DNA of 64,000 nucleotides. It comes from the human T2T-CHM13v2.0 reference genome, Homo sapiens. The stretch lies in NCBI RefSeq assembly GCF_009914755.1, contig NC_060944.1, one strand, 5' to 3'. Below are positions 24,735-38,010 of this stretch, piece by piece. Position 1 is the first letter of the stretch. Each line of letters begins with the position of its first letter. The translations under genes were made by a program, and so were the position numbers. The notes under the pieces were generated by a model. It was not told the DNA's origin. It did no database searches and saw only the letters and a list, made by a program, of their open reading frames with translations.

Positions 24735-24989
24735 CAAAAACATTCCTATATGATAATTTAATATATGAGTCTAATGTCATTAACATGAAATAATTTTTAT
24801 ATCTATCCAAAGTGAGCAATTGATAAAGAATTTCAGATATTCAATAATCCTAGACTGATTGACACCAGATAAATTCTAATAATCTTTCTGGCTGTACCTT
24901 TTCACCAGTTATCAAATGATTATCCATCGTTTGAATAGAACATTCAGGGAGGATCCTAGTCATAGTTGGACAGTCTGATACTTCCTGTG

Positions 24990-25680
24990 AATTTTCTTTC
25001 CAAGACTTGTCTCAGATCCATCCATCCTCCCCATTTCCACTGCCATTGTCCCCTGTCCAGGTCCCTGTCCTCTCTAGAGTAAATTATCAAGGTTCTACTA
25101 CATCCTCCTGCAGTACCAGGCTCCATGTGAGGTTTGTCACCAGCTTACGTTGGCCTCCACTTAAAGCCTTTCAATGACTTTCCATTGCCCTAAAAATAAA
25201 ATCCAAACTCCTGGCCATGCCACGGACATTGTCAGATCTTCTCAACCCCATTTGAAACTGCTCCCTGGTCTCAAGCACGTGTCCGTTCTTCTCTCAGCTT
25301 CCTGATCAGCCCAAGCTTTCTCCCACTGGAGCTTCTGTCCATGCTGTTACTTCTGCCGAGCATGCTTTCTGCCCATGTTTTAGCCTTCACATCTCTGATT
25401 AATTGCAACCTCTTCAATAGTACTCTGTGGTTACTCTGCCTAATGCAATCCACCCCTTTACCATCTCTATCTCAGCCTGTGGTTTGCTCCTTCATAACAC
25501 TTCCATTTGCAATCATTCTATTCATTTTCTTTATTTGGCCGTTCTCTGCTTGTTTCCTCCACTGGGATGGAAGTCCCTTCACTTCAGGTACCAAGGCCTT
25601 CACCATTTTATTCACAGTGCCTAAAACATGCCTGGCATGTAGATGGTACTCAAACACAAATGTTAAATGATGGAAGAAAT
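24990..25680 (+). mobile_element. L2 LINE 3' region
   Basis: 'cttaaagcctttcaatgactttccattgccctaaaaataaaatccaaactcct' and terminus 'gcctggcatgtagatggtactcaaacacaaatgttaaatgat'. Confidence 0.85.
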
Positions 25681-25862
25681 AAAAAAGAAAAAGATCTTTC
25701 TTTTCTCCTGGCCTTTAACTTGGCAGGCTTTATCTGCTCTTCAGAGTCACTGAGATGAGAACCAGGTGGCAAACTCTGCTTTCCTTCTCCTCCAGGCAAC
25801 GCAGAGGCATTCTTAACTCTTAACCTGCAGACTTTGAAACTAGGCACAGAACTCCAGAGGGG

Positions 25863-26103
25863 ATAATAACACCAGCAAATGTTTAGCTAAAAAATTTAGC
25901 CATACATGCCACACATTGTGCTACACATTGAGCTCTTTGGTCCTCACATCAACGCTGAATTAGGAGCTATGATTATCCCCATTCTTTAGATTAGTAAGCT
26001 GGGTATCACCAAGGAGAAGTACTTGCCCCAAAGTCACATGGCTCATATGTGTTGGAAGCAAGGTTTGTGACAGATCTTCCATGTTAAACCATTATGTTAT
26101 CCT
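25863..26103 (-). mobile_element. MIR SINE
   Basis: 'gattatccccattctttagattagtaagctggg...acttgccccaaagtcacatggct'. Confidence 0.75.
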
Positions 26104-26349
26104 CCTTAGGAGAGAGTATGGTTTTATGAATATACTGCTCCAATTGGCTGAGATGACAATACTAGTTTTTAATCGGCGGCTGTGACATATTGAGGGCTTA
26201 TATTAAGAATGCGAGCTGCTCCAAAATGTCCCTGTCCTGCAGTTGTACAATCACATATTTTTAAACCAAAGTAAATGATTTTACATTTATTTCTTTCTAA
26301 CCGCACCATGTTTATTTCAGTGTCTCTTTCCTCAAATCCTTTTGCATAT

Positions 26350-26570
26350 CAGTGGATGTTTAGAGTGAAAGGGGCAGGGATTTTAGAGCAAGACAAGCCT
26401 AGGTTCATGTCCCAGCATCACAGGTTAGGGATGTGTGATCTGGAACAGGTGACTTAACTCTTCTAAACTTTGGTTTCCTCGTTAGGAAAGGGAGGGTACT
26501 GGTGCATGGCTTTGTGGGAGTCTAAGAGGGTGGAAATGTGAAGCCCATTGCCATGTGCCTGCATGCGGGG
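26350..26570 (+). mobile_element. MIR SINE
   Basis: 'cctaggttcatgtcccagc...tgtgtgatctggaacaggtgacttaactcttctaaactttggtttcctc'. Confidence 0.75.
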
Positions 26571-27499
26571 CCTGCGCCAGCTCAGTTCCGCATTCCTCGC
26601 CCCACGCATTAACTAGCTCTCTCTGCTGTGTTATCTGAGATTTGTACACTCTTGATTCTTATTCTGTAGTTGTGTTTTGAGTCATCCATCAAGTACTGCT
26701 CCCAGAGGTAAAAGGCTTTTCTGAAAACTGTCTCTTCCCTTACAGACTTTCCTTTATCCCAGGAATTGACTCACATATTTGGGATTGTAATTGTCTGGAT
26801 TTGTAAGGGATATGAGTAACATTACCCTTCTGCAGCTTGGATTTTTTCTTTTGGTGGTGTTAATAGCATCACACTCTGTCTTAAGCCTCTTGGACATCTG
26901 AATAAATGTTGGCATGAAACCTGGTAAAATGAAGCATGAAGATGAATGTGTTTGTAGAGGTGAAGAAGACATTCAGAGCTGGGAGAAGTGAAAGTCTATG
27001 AATTCTCATTCCATGCCCAAAAGTGACCTCATTCCCAGAACAGTCAGCTGCCCTACTCGTCATGACTTTAAGACTCATGAAAATGTCTCATATGGGAAAG
27101 CTCCAAAGACTGCCCAGTATTTCTAAACTTTAACGGGATGTAATTATAACCCATGGATAAGGCCATAAATACTTTAGAAGTCTATCTCATTTGTACCAAA
27201 TAATTTATCTGATTATAGTTACTCACTGTCACCTAGCTGAAGTCAGGATAGGTAAGCTTTGATGAAAGAAAAAAGTTATCCCAGGAGTAAGGCAATCAGC
27301 GAAAAAAAGAAGCATGGAAAAAAGTCCAAACATAGAAAACCAGGACAAGTCTGATTGTAAGATGGCACAGAGGGGCTTATCAGAGCACCCAGTGATGAAG
27401 AACCAGGGTAGGAAGAAGTTAGAAAGCACAGAGGGACAGAAGTATAGGCTGTAGGTGTGGGGAGGCTTTAGGCTAAGTACTTGTCTAGAAGGACTCAGG

Positions 27500-27685
27500 G
27501 AAGCATAAATTAATACAGAAAAACTTTGGAAACCTTTCTGGTGTCTACTTATGCTGATAATATGCATACTCTTTGACATAACAACTTCACTCCTGAGAAT
27601 TGTGTATTTCTAGCAGAAATCTATACAAATGGTCACCAAAAGACATATACAAAAATGCTCCTAGCAGCACCACTTGTAATAGTTC
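27500..27685 (+). mobile_element. L1ME-like fragment
   Basis: 'tgacataacaacttcactcctgaga...caccaaaagacatatacaaaaatgctcctagcagcacc'. Confidence 0.65.
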
Positions 27686-27790
27686 TGTATTAGTTTGCTA
27701 GGGCTGCCATAACAAAGTACCATAGACCGGGAGGCTTAAACAACAGGCTAAAAGTCAGAGATCAAGGTGCCAGCAGCTTTGGGTCTGAAG
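27686..27790 (-). mobile_element. MLT1B/C LTR terminal fragment
   Basis: 'tgtattagtttgctagggctgccataacaaagtaccatagaccgggaggcttaaacaac'. Confidence 0.8.
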
Positions 27791-28744
27791 GACACAGGCG
27801 CTGAGAGGGAGCGTCTCAGGTAAAGAAGAAGAGGGGAAGGTACGCCACTTGAGGATTCTCTGACCAAGAAGATGAGAAGATGGAGCAACTGGAAAGTATA
27901 GTTATTCTTTTGCTAACAAGAAACAAGAATAACAATTAAAAACTCCAGGACAAACAAACACACAAAAACTAAATGAAAATCATTCTCCAAATAGAAAGCA
28001 AATTAAAAAGTGGCATGATTTTAATCATAACTATGAACAAAGCAAGAAAATTAATTTTCATGTTAGTACAAAATAAAAGGTAAACACTAATGACTTTGAT
28101 CATGTAGAATTAGAGCTGATAGAAATCCTTGGCAAAGGAGATGTGGAAAGGTGGAGGGAAGGACAGAAAATAGCCTTTTCTTGTGTGGGAGACATCTGTG
28201 TCAAGTTACTGATAAGAAATAAGGCATTAATTGACTAAAATTAAGGATAAAGTCATAGGAATATTTTTAAAGCCTTTCATGGTAAACAGAAGAAAAAGAA
28301 TACTAAAAGTACTATAATTATTGAGCATTGTGAGGAAGAAGCAAGCAGAAAGAAGGCATTGAGATACCTCTCATAGTGAAAAACCAATGGATTTTTGTCT
28401 ACCTTTGTTAAAATTCAAGAATTTAATGAGTCATTTGTTAAACTACTGGAAGCTTGAGATTGGCCATGATGGGAATATTTACATCCCAGAAAGTGAAAAA
28501 ACAAACAGATTAGAAAGCAACCATGTTAACTAAAAACAGTATTGAAAAGTGAGGCAGGGGCAGGGAGGAGTTAGCAGAAGGAGACTGCCTGTTCTTTTGT
28601 TGCTGAGTATGTATTTTTCTATACATACGTAAGTATTTATTACGTACTATTTATTTCTATTATGTATGTCATATTTATTATATTTATCATGCTCACATAT
28701 ATTTAAAACAAACACTTTAAAACGTCACAAATAACACCTAAAAA

Positions 28745-29200
28745 TTGTTAATAAATATTTTTGAGAGCCTGCACCCTGTGTGCCATCATGGTAGCCAAAC
28801 ATGCTGAATACCTTCTCTGTCAGAGCCTACTTGACCAGTGGTGAATAAGACAGGTCATTGGCCAGTCACACCATAGTGTTATGGAGGGATGCGAGCACTA
28901 GGGGAGGCATCTATTCAAGGCATTGGAAATGAGGTGGGGCTCCAGGGTAGGGCATCAGAGTTAATGACAAATGGGTACTGGGGAGGCAACAGAAGTCTTT
29001 GTGAGTTAAGGGTGGGTGGGAGGAAGGGACACTCTTCTAGCAAAATGAAGCATATGCAAAGGTCTGGAGAAAAGAAAGGGAGTGGGGACCAGATCAGGAA
29101 GATAATAGTGTAAAGTGCTAGGGTGAGGTCGAGGCATCAGATCTTCAAGGAAAACAGGAGCTCTGGATATTTTAGAGCACTTGATGGGACAGATTGTCAT
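28745..29200 (-). mobile_element. L2 fragment
   Basis: 'ataaatatttttgagagcctgc...tctagcaaaatgaagcatatgcaaaggtctggag'. Confidence 0.6.
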
Positions 29201-29246
29201 AGAGAAAGACTCTGCCAAGTTATTTACACTCCTACATGCTGTGTCA

Positions 29247-29802
29247 GTGCTCATTTTTGAAAGTCATTTACTACCTCTGAAATTGGAATGCATTCTACAA
29301 TTCTGGTCAACCAGGCAGTAGTAAAGATACAATCGTCATTCCTGAACATGCTCTGCAAAGTTGTAGATTAAATGTCTTTGGTTAGAAGAAAAATTGAAGA
29401 CAAGAATGAAAGATTCTTTGAAGAACTGCTGTATTCCCAGTGTTCTCAGTGGCACAGGGGATGATACTGTGTGGAAAAACAAACCAACCAACCGCACAAG
29501 AACATTCACGTCTCTGTGTCAAAAAGTGATCCCGAAAAGTCAAACTCAGAAGGCAAACAGGTTTTCAAAAAGCATCGACCTATTTACTTAACTTATATTT
29601 ACACTTGCCCATACATCAAAAAGTGATATATGTTAAAATCTATGCCTAAAAAATCTTTAAAAGCTCACTAATTATAAAAATTCTAAGGAATAAGAAATAA
29701 TTGTATCAAATGTAATTGCTAACATTTTTCCTTTAGTGGCACATAAAATTATAATTCTTCTAATAATTGATGGCATTTTATAAATGCCCATAAAAATATG
29801 GT
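29247..29802 (+). mobile_element. Tc1/mariner-pogo superfamily non-autonomous DNA transposon (MARNA-like)
   Basis: 'ctctgaaattggaatgcattctacaat' and terminus 'tttagtggcacataaaat...aattgatggcatttta...aaatatgg'. Peptide SLKNCCIPSVLSGTGDDTVW resembles the pogo/Tc2-type transposase C-terminal motif SFKKCxISNALDGxEDD. Confidence 0.75.
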
Positions 29803-30479
29803 GCATATCTATATTCTCCTTTATAAAAATGGAATTATATTTCTCATAACCTGAATAAATATATTTGGACTCGAATCACATTAACAGCAGGTGTTGAAAC
29901 AACAACAAAAATGTATCAGGCTAATCTCATTCGCAAGAACACTCAGTGGGAATACTTCATTCCGTGATTCTCCATGTTCTGTGTTGAGAGTTACTGCAAA
30001 CGCTTTTCAGATGGTGGGAGTCGGAGGGAACTTGGCAAAGAGGCTGCCCCATGCAATCCACTCCCCATTTGTTCCTGACAGTGTGTATGGGAGAATGAAG
30101 GTTCTGTCCCACTTGTATGCTTTTTATTTGTGAAACAATCCTAGGTCTTTGTGTTCCTTTTACCTGATTCCCAAACTGAACAAACCCAAGTACCAACCAT
30201 TCCCCTTGGATTTTTAGTCAACTGAAGGTTCAGAGAGCTGCTCCCTTGGGGAAGAGGCTGTGGACATGACATTTGCACATGCAGCATATCAACTTGGAAT
30301 AATTTCCCCCTCATGTGGGGGCTACTCCCAAGGAGTTTATTCTAAACCCAAAGTACATTAGTTGCCTGTGGCACCTTAGAAAAATAAACTATCCTGGGGT
30401 CCCTGGTTTTGGAATGTCATTTCCTTTATGATATGTGTCTTTGAAAGGCAAGGAGTGGCAGTAAGCAGAGTGATATAAA

Positions 30480-30700
30480 CATGGGGCCTGGGCTTTAATT
30501 CTGTCTGCCCTCATCCTTTATGAGGCGCATGATTTAGAGGGCCCAACTTAACTTCTCAGAGCTTTGATTTCTCCATTTCAAACTAGAGGAAAGAATGCTT
30601 CTTTTGCAGGCTAACACTGAGGATTAAATGAGGTCACACACATAAGGCATATTCCACAGTTCTTTATGCAGAAAGTGCCTCTAAAATGGTTCCTGCCATT
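30480..30700 (+). mobile_element. MIR SINE
   Basis: 'acttaacttctcagagctttgatttctccattt...tgaggattaaatgagg'. Confidence 0.7.
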
Positions 30701-30754
30701 TGACACTGGAAGCAAGAAAGCAAAGAGGCTGAGCAAAATACATGATCATGCACT

Positions 30755-30930
30755 CTTAGTGATGGGAAAAGACCTTTAAAAAGTTATCTAGTCCAATCTT
30801 CATTCTGCAAACCAGGAAAGTGCAATGCTGGCCTAGGCAAGGACTTTCATAAGGACAAAAGAGAATTCAGTGGCCAAGCTGGGTTGAGCACAGCCCTCAT
30901 GCCTTTTGGCTTAAAGCTTTCTCCATTTGC
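30755..30930 (-). mobile_element. MIR3-like fragment
   Basis: 'ggaaaagacctttaaaaagttatctagtccaatcttcattctgcaaa'. Confidence 0.55.
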
Positions 30931-31809
30931 TTTGCAGAACTTCCTATAAGTAATAGAACAACCACAGATGGAGTTTGACCAGCTGGATTTTTTTTTTAAT
31001 ATCACAGCCTGAGGAAATGTGGCTCAATCATTGAATGTTTCTGATGTGGACCAATTTCAGTCAAAGACAGTAAAAACAGAAAGCCTCAGCTTTCTTCTTA
31101 TTTTAAATTAGAATTTTAAATGTAAAGCTTAGGTGAAGGAAGGATGGGAATTTGAATTTAAAAGGCTAAAAGAAAGAATACCAAAGAATTAGAAGATAAA
31201 CATTTTGTCTTTCAAAGGGAAATAATTCTTCATTCTGTTTTACAGCCAACCATAACTGGTAAGATGAATGACGCTTTCTGTTAGTGTCATGCTTTTCAAG
31301 TCACATAAAAACCTGGTTTTGCATGAGAGGCGCTGCTGAAGCAGCCCTTGTCTGTGGCTGTGTCTCATTCTGCAACACATAGTGTCCCAATTTTCACTGG
31401 CTTCCTCTGGAACTGAAGCTGGGTGCACAGGTTTATCAACCGTCTGACTCTTACATACTAAACTCCCGCCTTCCCAGAGGGGAACACCTCTCATTCCCAC
31501 AACTCCCCAACCCAGACCACCCCCAGCACGGGCTGGATCATTTTGACCTTGGACAAGGTGGAAAGAATGTCATTTCCAAGAGTTCCCTCGCTTGTCTTCC
31601 ATCTCCATAAATGTTGCCATATCTAAATAATGCTTATACTTTTGTTCATTAGTTTTTACCGTAACTATTTTTATTAGGTTCCTAAGTGATAAGATCAGGA
31701 CAAAGACAGGTTCATTATGCTAGTTAGACATTTTCCTAAAGTATGATAAAATAAATGAAAAGGAAAACAATACCTGTTTATCTGAGATAGAAGAAGTGTT
31801 TACAAGTTG

Positions 31810-31925
31810 TTATGCTGCATTCTAGTTGTGCTAGGGGTTACAGGGATCTATATGTGTGTTTATGCTCATGGGATGTACACCAAAAAGAAGTCAATTTTAC
31901 TGTATGTTAATTACAAAAAGAAAGC
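31810..31925 (+). mobile_element. Old L1 (L1MC/MD-like) 3' terminal fragment
   Basis: 'ggggttacagggatctata...gtacaccaaaaagaagtcaattttactgtatgttaatta'. Confidence 0.55.
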
Positions 31926-32793
31926 TATTAAATCTTCCTCAAATCCTAGAAAAATATAAGTACACATTATTTCCCACACAAACTCTTGTGAAGGGTTAAC
32001 AAAACTCATCTGGCTTTATTTCATGCAAGACTTAGAAAGGCTAATAGTACGGAACTGCAGATCAAACCATAGCAAGTCGTGGAATGGAGGGCAACATCTT
32101 CAAGTCGGCCAGGGCAGTACAGGCAATGAGTGCAGCTGCTGGGGGGCGGTGGGGGGCGGGGGTAATGTGAGTCTGCAGGGCCCCAGGATGCCACAGCCCC
32201 GCCGGAGCAGTCCCTGGAGAAGCAGCGTTTCCTGTCCCTCGTGGCCAGTGAGGTCTCCCTCCTGTTCTCTCCCTGTGATCTGCTGGTATTTCTTTTTGAA
32301 GACTTAGGTTATGAAGTCTTGCTTTCAGAAACAGAAACAAAACAAAGCAAAAACAACTTGATAGCATTCAGCACAAGGTAAGGCAACTCCCCACTATGAT
32401 GTTAAATTGGGTTTTTTTTTTTTTTTTCAGCTACAAAACCAGAGTCATATATCTGATGGACTCAGGAATAAAAAGGAGTCTGGATTAAGAAGAGTAAAGA
32501 TAGATTACTGATGCTGGCAAGACCCAGGCAGACTCATTCTGTGCACACTATCTGACTGTCCCATTTGCAGGGCCAGATGTTTTCTCTTTGTTACTATTTT
32601 TGCATGTGTCTAGGAAACATTTGGGTGGCACTCAACTCACAAGACCTGAACCTTGTAGCAGATGCTGCTTCCCCTGGGTGTACTCACTTCTACATGCTGA
32701 AGGGGGATGGCTGCTATGGCTTGAGTCTCTGCCTAGAGGCTTATTTCTAGGCCACAAGGCAATGACAAACAGAAAGTTTATAGAGAAATATCA

Positions 32794-33094
<301 letters not shown>

Positions 33095-33139
33095 CTAGAA
33101 ATATCACTCTTTAGTCTACATTGTCTCCCAAAGCTCCCC

Positions 33140-33320
33140 AGAGGAACTGAGCTTCCACTACCCACAGTGCTTGTTGGCAGACCTTTTGTAGCTTTCTGCC
33201 CTATCTCACAGGATCCTCTTTCCCTGATCAGAAATGTCTGGGGTTATCTTCCAACTAAACTTCTTGCTCTTGAATCTGGGCCTCAGGTTGTGTGTCTGGG
33301 GCAACCCAGGCCTAAGATAG
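33140..33320 (+). mobile_element. ERVL LTR (LTR16/LTR33-like) 3' fragment
   Basis: Terminus 'aaacttcttgctcttgaatctgggcctcaggttgtgtgtctggggcaacccaggcctaagata'. Confidence 0.6.
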
Positions 33321-33344
33321 CTATGCATACTAAGCACTCACCCA

Positions 33345-33440
33345 CAGAAATACACACACATGCATATGCATGCACACATTCACTCACATATGGATACTTG
33401 CACACATGCAGACATAAACACACAAGCACATATATGCTCT
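33345..33440. repeat. Degenerate alternating purine-pyrimidine (CA/TA/TG) low-complexity tract
   Basis: 'tacacacacatgcatatgcatgcacacatt...cacacaagcacatatatgc'. Confidence 0.75.
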
Positions 33441-34149
33441 CCTGAACACAATATTCATGCTCTCTAATTCCCACGGGTCATGCTCCTGGCATTTGCTACA
33501 GAAAGGGCAGCACAAGTGCTGTGATCCCTCCCTCAAAATACTTGCATCTGGAATTTGGCTCCTTTTCTCCCTGCTTAAATGGTATAGTGCAGGTGATAAC
33601 TGCGTAGATAAACCTTTATAGTTAGAAAGAGTCTAAATGTTGGTGTCTGTAAGCACAATAAGTAAATGAGTTTGGTTTTTCCTTCCAAAATAACTGAACG
33701 TTCACTTTAAATATAATGTTAGCCAGTTTTGAATCCAGAATATTTACATCTTGCAGACTGTGTCTTGCAGCCTCTGAATCAACTGACTGGGAGCATCCGT
33801 CTCTGCATGCAGGGCTGCTGAAAGGTGGGAGCAGAGATAAAAGACAGGAGATGGGAAGAAACAAAGGGAGCCAAGAGATTTCATAGAATGCTGCAAGAGA
33901 CATTCTTTTGATCTATTTGGACTCCTCCAAGGCGGGATCCAGAGAAAGAAGAGTGGCAGGTTGGAGACCACACCCCTAGATTAGCTCTCCTTTGAACTGG
34001 GATGGTGGAACTGCCATTCCTAATCAGAAACATGACCAGGAACGTTGGCTCGTACCTCCCAGATGTATTTGCCTGCTGGCATGATCAACCACATCAGAAT
34101 TTTAAAAAGCTGTTGTACTTTGCATTGGCTTTTCCCTGTTTTAAACTGC

Positions 34150-34410
34150 TGAGCATTTATTGAAGGTTTACTATGTGCCAGGCAGTGGGATAAAGTCCTC
34201 TTAAGGGAGCCGATTCAAGTTACTCTCCCAAGGAGCTCTCCAGGAGAGCTGCTAAAATAGTTCAATTTATGAATGAGAAAGAAAGCAGATGCTTAAAAGG
34301 ATTAAGTAATTTGGTCAAAGCCAACAGGAAGTGCCTGGTGGAGACAAGATTTGAACCCAGGTCTTTCTGAGTCTAGAGCTTCAAATTTAAATTACAATTC
34401 CAGCTGCCTC
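34150..34410 (-). mobile_element. MIR SINE
   Basis: 'gcatttattgaaggtttactatgtgccaggca...gatttgaacccaggtctttctgagtctagagc'. Confidence 0.85.
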
Positions 34411-34889
34411 TTGAAAAGCAGCCCACTCCTTCTCCCTGTGCACCTTAGCAGCCCTGTGGAATGTACAGTCTCTAAAGAGCATGCCTGTTAAAAATGGCTA
34501 CAGTGCTAATAGACGTGCTACATATGGGGTATAGACAAGACACATTTTCTGGAGCAGCTGCTATTGCTCAATATTGAAATGTCATTTTCATATTAAAGCA
34601 AGTGCACTGTGGCTGCTGCTCCTTGGACTCATATCTTTTGGTTCTAAGTTTGCCCTCTTTCCAGTGCATCATCTTGCTAGTAGGTAGTTCAGCCTCCTCT
34701 TCCTCCTTGCCCAGTCCTTCTTCCCTTCATAGTTCTTTCCCTATCCTCAACTCCAGTTTCACAAAGAACCTGTTCATGGTTACACAGCCCACAGGTGTCT
34801 TTCTATTATTTAGAAACATGCACCAGGACAAGGGCACAAAGTGAGTCTGCAGCCTCTGCTACCCAGGATAGGCTGCATCCTCCTGCGCA

Positions 34890-35500
34890 ATGCCCACCAT
34901 ATGCTGGATGCTCTGCGGGCCATGGAAAACTCCAGCATTTAACATGGTGGGTGTGATACCCGACACAGAAATCACTATTAAACAACAAATGGCATTTGTG
35001 AATATTCAATTGCAATGTTGTAAGAAGGAACATGAAAGGCAAGATTTGGAAACAGGTTTGGTTTGGGCAACCTGGAAGGCTCCTGGAGGAAGTAACATTG
35101 AACAAGCCTCTCACGGTTTGGTTGGTGGAGGAGGCACCAACTGAAAACAGGGTTGTGGGTTCTAGTTCCGTGATTCCTAACCCTGGCTGTGCGTTTCAAT
35201 CACTGGGTGGATTTTTAAAAACTGCCCAGGCCGCACCTGAGACCAATTATATTGAATCACTGGGGCGGGCTTGGATATTCCTACTTTAAAGCTCCCTGTG
35301 GACAGACAATGGACAGACACACCAGCAGGAGGCCATTCCAGTCCTCAGGTAGGACAGGTGCAGAAGTGACAGGAAAGCTGCAGGGAGTCCAAAAACATGG
35401 GGCAAATAGGAAGTGATAACAAATCAGAGCCTAGGATAGCTTGGATAACGAGTTGAGGGAGGATGGGTCAGGCACGACTCCTCAGCCTGAGTAACAGACA
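34890..35500 (-). mobile_element. L2 fragments interrupted by a MER5
   Basis: 'ggaaggctcctggaggaagtaacattgaac' and 'agcaggaggccattccagtcctcaggtagga'. Confidence 0.5.
35166..35300. mobile_element. MER5-type MITE
   Basis: 'gattcctaaccctggctgtgcgtttcaatcactgggtggatttttaaaa...agaccaattatattgaatcactgggg...tttaaagctcc'. Confidence 0.75.
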
Positions 35501-37458
35501 TGATTTGGATTCTGTTTGCTAATTGATTTAGTTACATCCATTATGAAAATGGAGAGCTCTCAGCAAGAAGCTCACCTGGAACTACAGTAAACAGCACTGC
35601 TTGCTCTGGGCCCTCCTTTCTGCTCGGAGCGGGACTTGCCTGTAATTACCTCCAATGTGGAAAGAAAAAGAACTTTCACATCCTGACTCTAAAATTCTCT
35701 CTTCGCCCCGTGTGTCAGTACATAAACTTTAATTCAGACATTGGCAGTACTGTCAGCAGCTCATATGTCATCAGCGGAGGGCTCGGAGGCTCCGCGTGCC
35801 AGGGAGCAGGCGGCTTCTATTGCCTTCCTGGAGGTCGGGATCCCCCTGGTTTGCTGAAACCTCAAAGGCAAGTCTTTCTCGAGGGCGAGAACAGAACCTG
35901 AAAGACAGGACTTTGCCTCTGGTCTCTGTTCAGTGGCTGAGCAGTCTAGCCCAGGTGTCCCACTCCTAGTGGGACGCAGATGTCTCTTTGCACACCTGGG
36001 AAAGTGTGTAACCAAGACCACGTGAGGCCCGGGGCTGGATCTCTCAGGGACCCTGCTGACAGCCCACGAGCCCAGGGGGTCGACTTGGGAGAAACCACAG
36101 AATATTACCCTTGCTCTGCATGGATACAGGAGCTAACAACAAATAGAAGTGCAGATAGGAAAACTCCCTTCCCATCCTCCTTGGGCAGTAGCCTCTCCTA
36201 GCCTACCTCTCCCCATAAGCTATCTGCTGGTGTCTCCTGGGTTGCCTGAGGTAGCATTTAGAGGGGTTGGCAAATGCCACCATGAAGAGCACAAGCCCGT
36301 TCTCCATAGGAGCTGGCCTCTTAGGCCTGTTTTCTCCTATCTCTCGCTTTCGCTTTTTGAAATGTGATTCTCCCTGGTAGGGAAAGGCAAGAAAAACATC
36401 CAATGCTCATAAAAGTTAAAGTTCAGCACAAGCTGTTAATGAATTGAATTTGCTTCACACATACATTTATAAACTCAAAACAGACCTGGCATGTCCTTAC
36501 TTAACTTGTCAATGGGCAATGGGATGGGAAGCCTGAACTCCAGATGGACATGCGTAGGCCATACAGGAGCTGAAGAAAGCATCCAACAAAACCATCTGAA
36601 AAGGTTTTTCAACATAAGATGGTATATAGCTAGTGGAAAATGATGCTGAATAAAAAAACAGAATTATTTTTAAGGTTTTGAAAAGTCTCTTAGATATGAA
36701 ACAGCCTTGGTTTGGTGCTATATAGTTTATGAGCCTGAAAATGAAATTACAGGACATAAAATATAAAAAAAACTAATCAATATCACATAACCAGGAAGCT
36801 TGGAAATTTAAAGGACTTCTCTTGTGCTGACATTTGAGGCCACAAATACCAGAATACGGCATATGCAGAGGAAGTCGGTGTTCATATTATGCTCAGGTTA
36901 CCTTGGCCAATGGGAGCATTTCTTCCATCAGCTCAATTGTGAGGCCTGGCATCCAAGACAAGTATTGATTTCTGCTCCTTTCCCTGCTCCTCCTCCTTCC
37001 CCTTCCTCTTTTTAATAGCAGGTAAGCTTACTGTTAAATGATCAATTCCTTCATCATGTGAAACTTGTGGATGCTTCCTAGTCTTAAACATGAACAGTAA
37101 ATTATTAAGAGACATTATGTTCTCTGAAGACACCGACAGAAAAAAATTCTCCGTTTCCTTCATTACAGGAGATAGCTTGAACCTCTACCTATCTGTCCCT
37201 CTCCACACTCCTAGGTCTCAGGATAGCTTTTGTAGGTTGGGACTTTGGTGAAAAGGCTTGGCAGCAAATTTCAACTATCACAGTATGACCTTAGACACGT
37301 CGCTCCCTAAACCTCAGTTTTCTCAACTAAAAGTGGAGGTAGTTCTCTACTCAAATATTAAACCCTTAGAGACACCTAGCCTAGCCACTCCATCAGTAAT
37401 AGCCTATCTCCCCTCTTTAAAAAAAAAAATTCTTTATCTCTTTTATGCTTACCATTGA

Positions 37459-37727
<269 letters not shown>

Positions 37728-38010
37728 GAGATGGAGTTTCACTCTTGTTGCCCAGGCTGGAGTGCAATGGCATGATCTCTCAGCTCACTGCTACCTCTGC
37801 CTCCCAGGTTCAAGCAATTCTCCTGCCTCAGCATCTCAAGTAGCTGGGATTACAGCCATGCACCAGCACGGCCGGCTAATTTTTCACTTTTAGTAGAGAC
37901 GGGGTTTCACCATATTGGTCAGGCTGGTCTCAAACTCCTGACCTCAGGTGATCCGCCTGCCTCAGCCTCCCAAAGTGCTGGGATTACAGGCATGAGCCAA
38001 CGTGCCCAGC
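37728..38010 (-). mobile_element. AluS (Sp-like), inserted into an L2 3' end
   Basis: 'tttcactcttgttgcccaggctggagtgcaatgg' and 'ttggtcaggctggtctc'. The L2 terminus 'ggcctggccccaaatag...aatgaatgaat' follows to ~38140. Confidence 0.95.
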
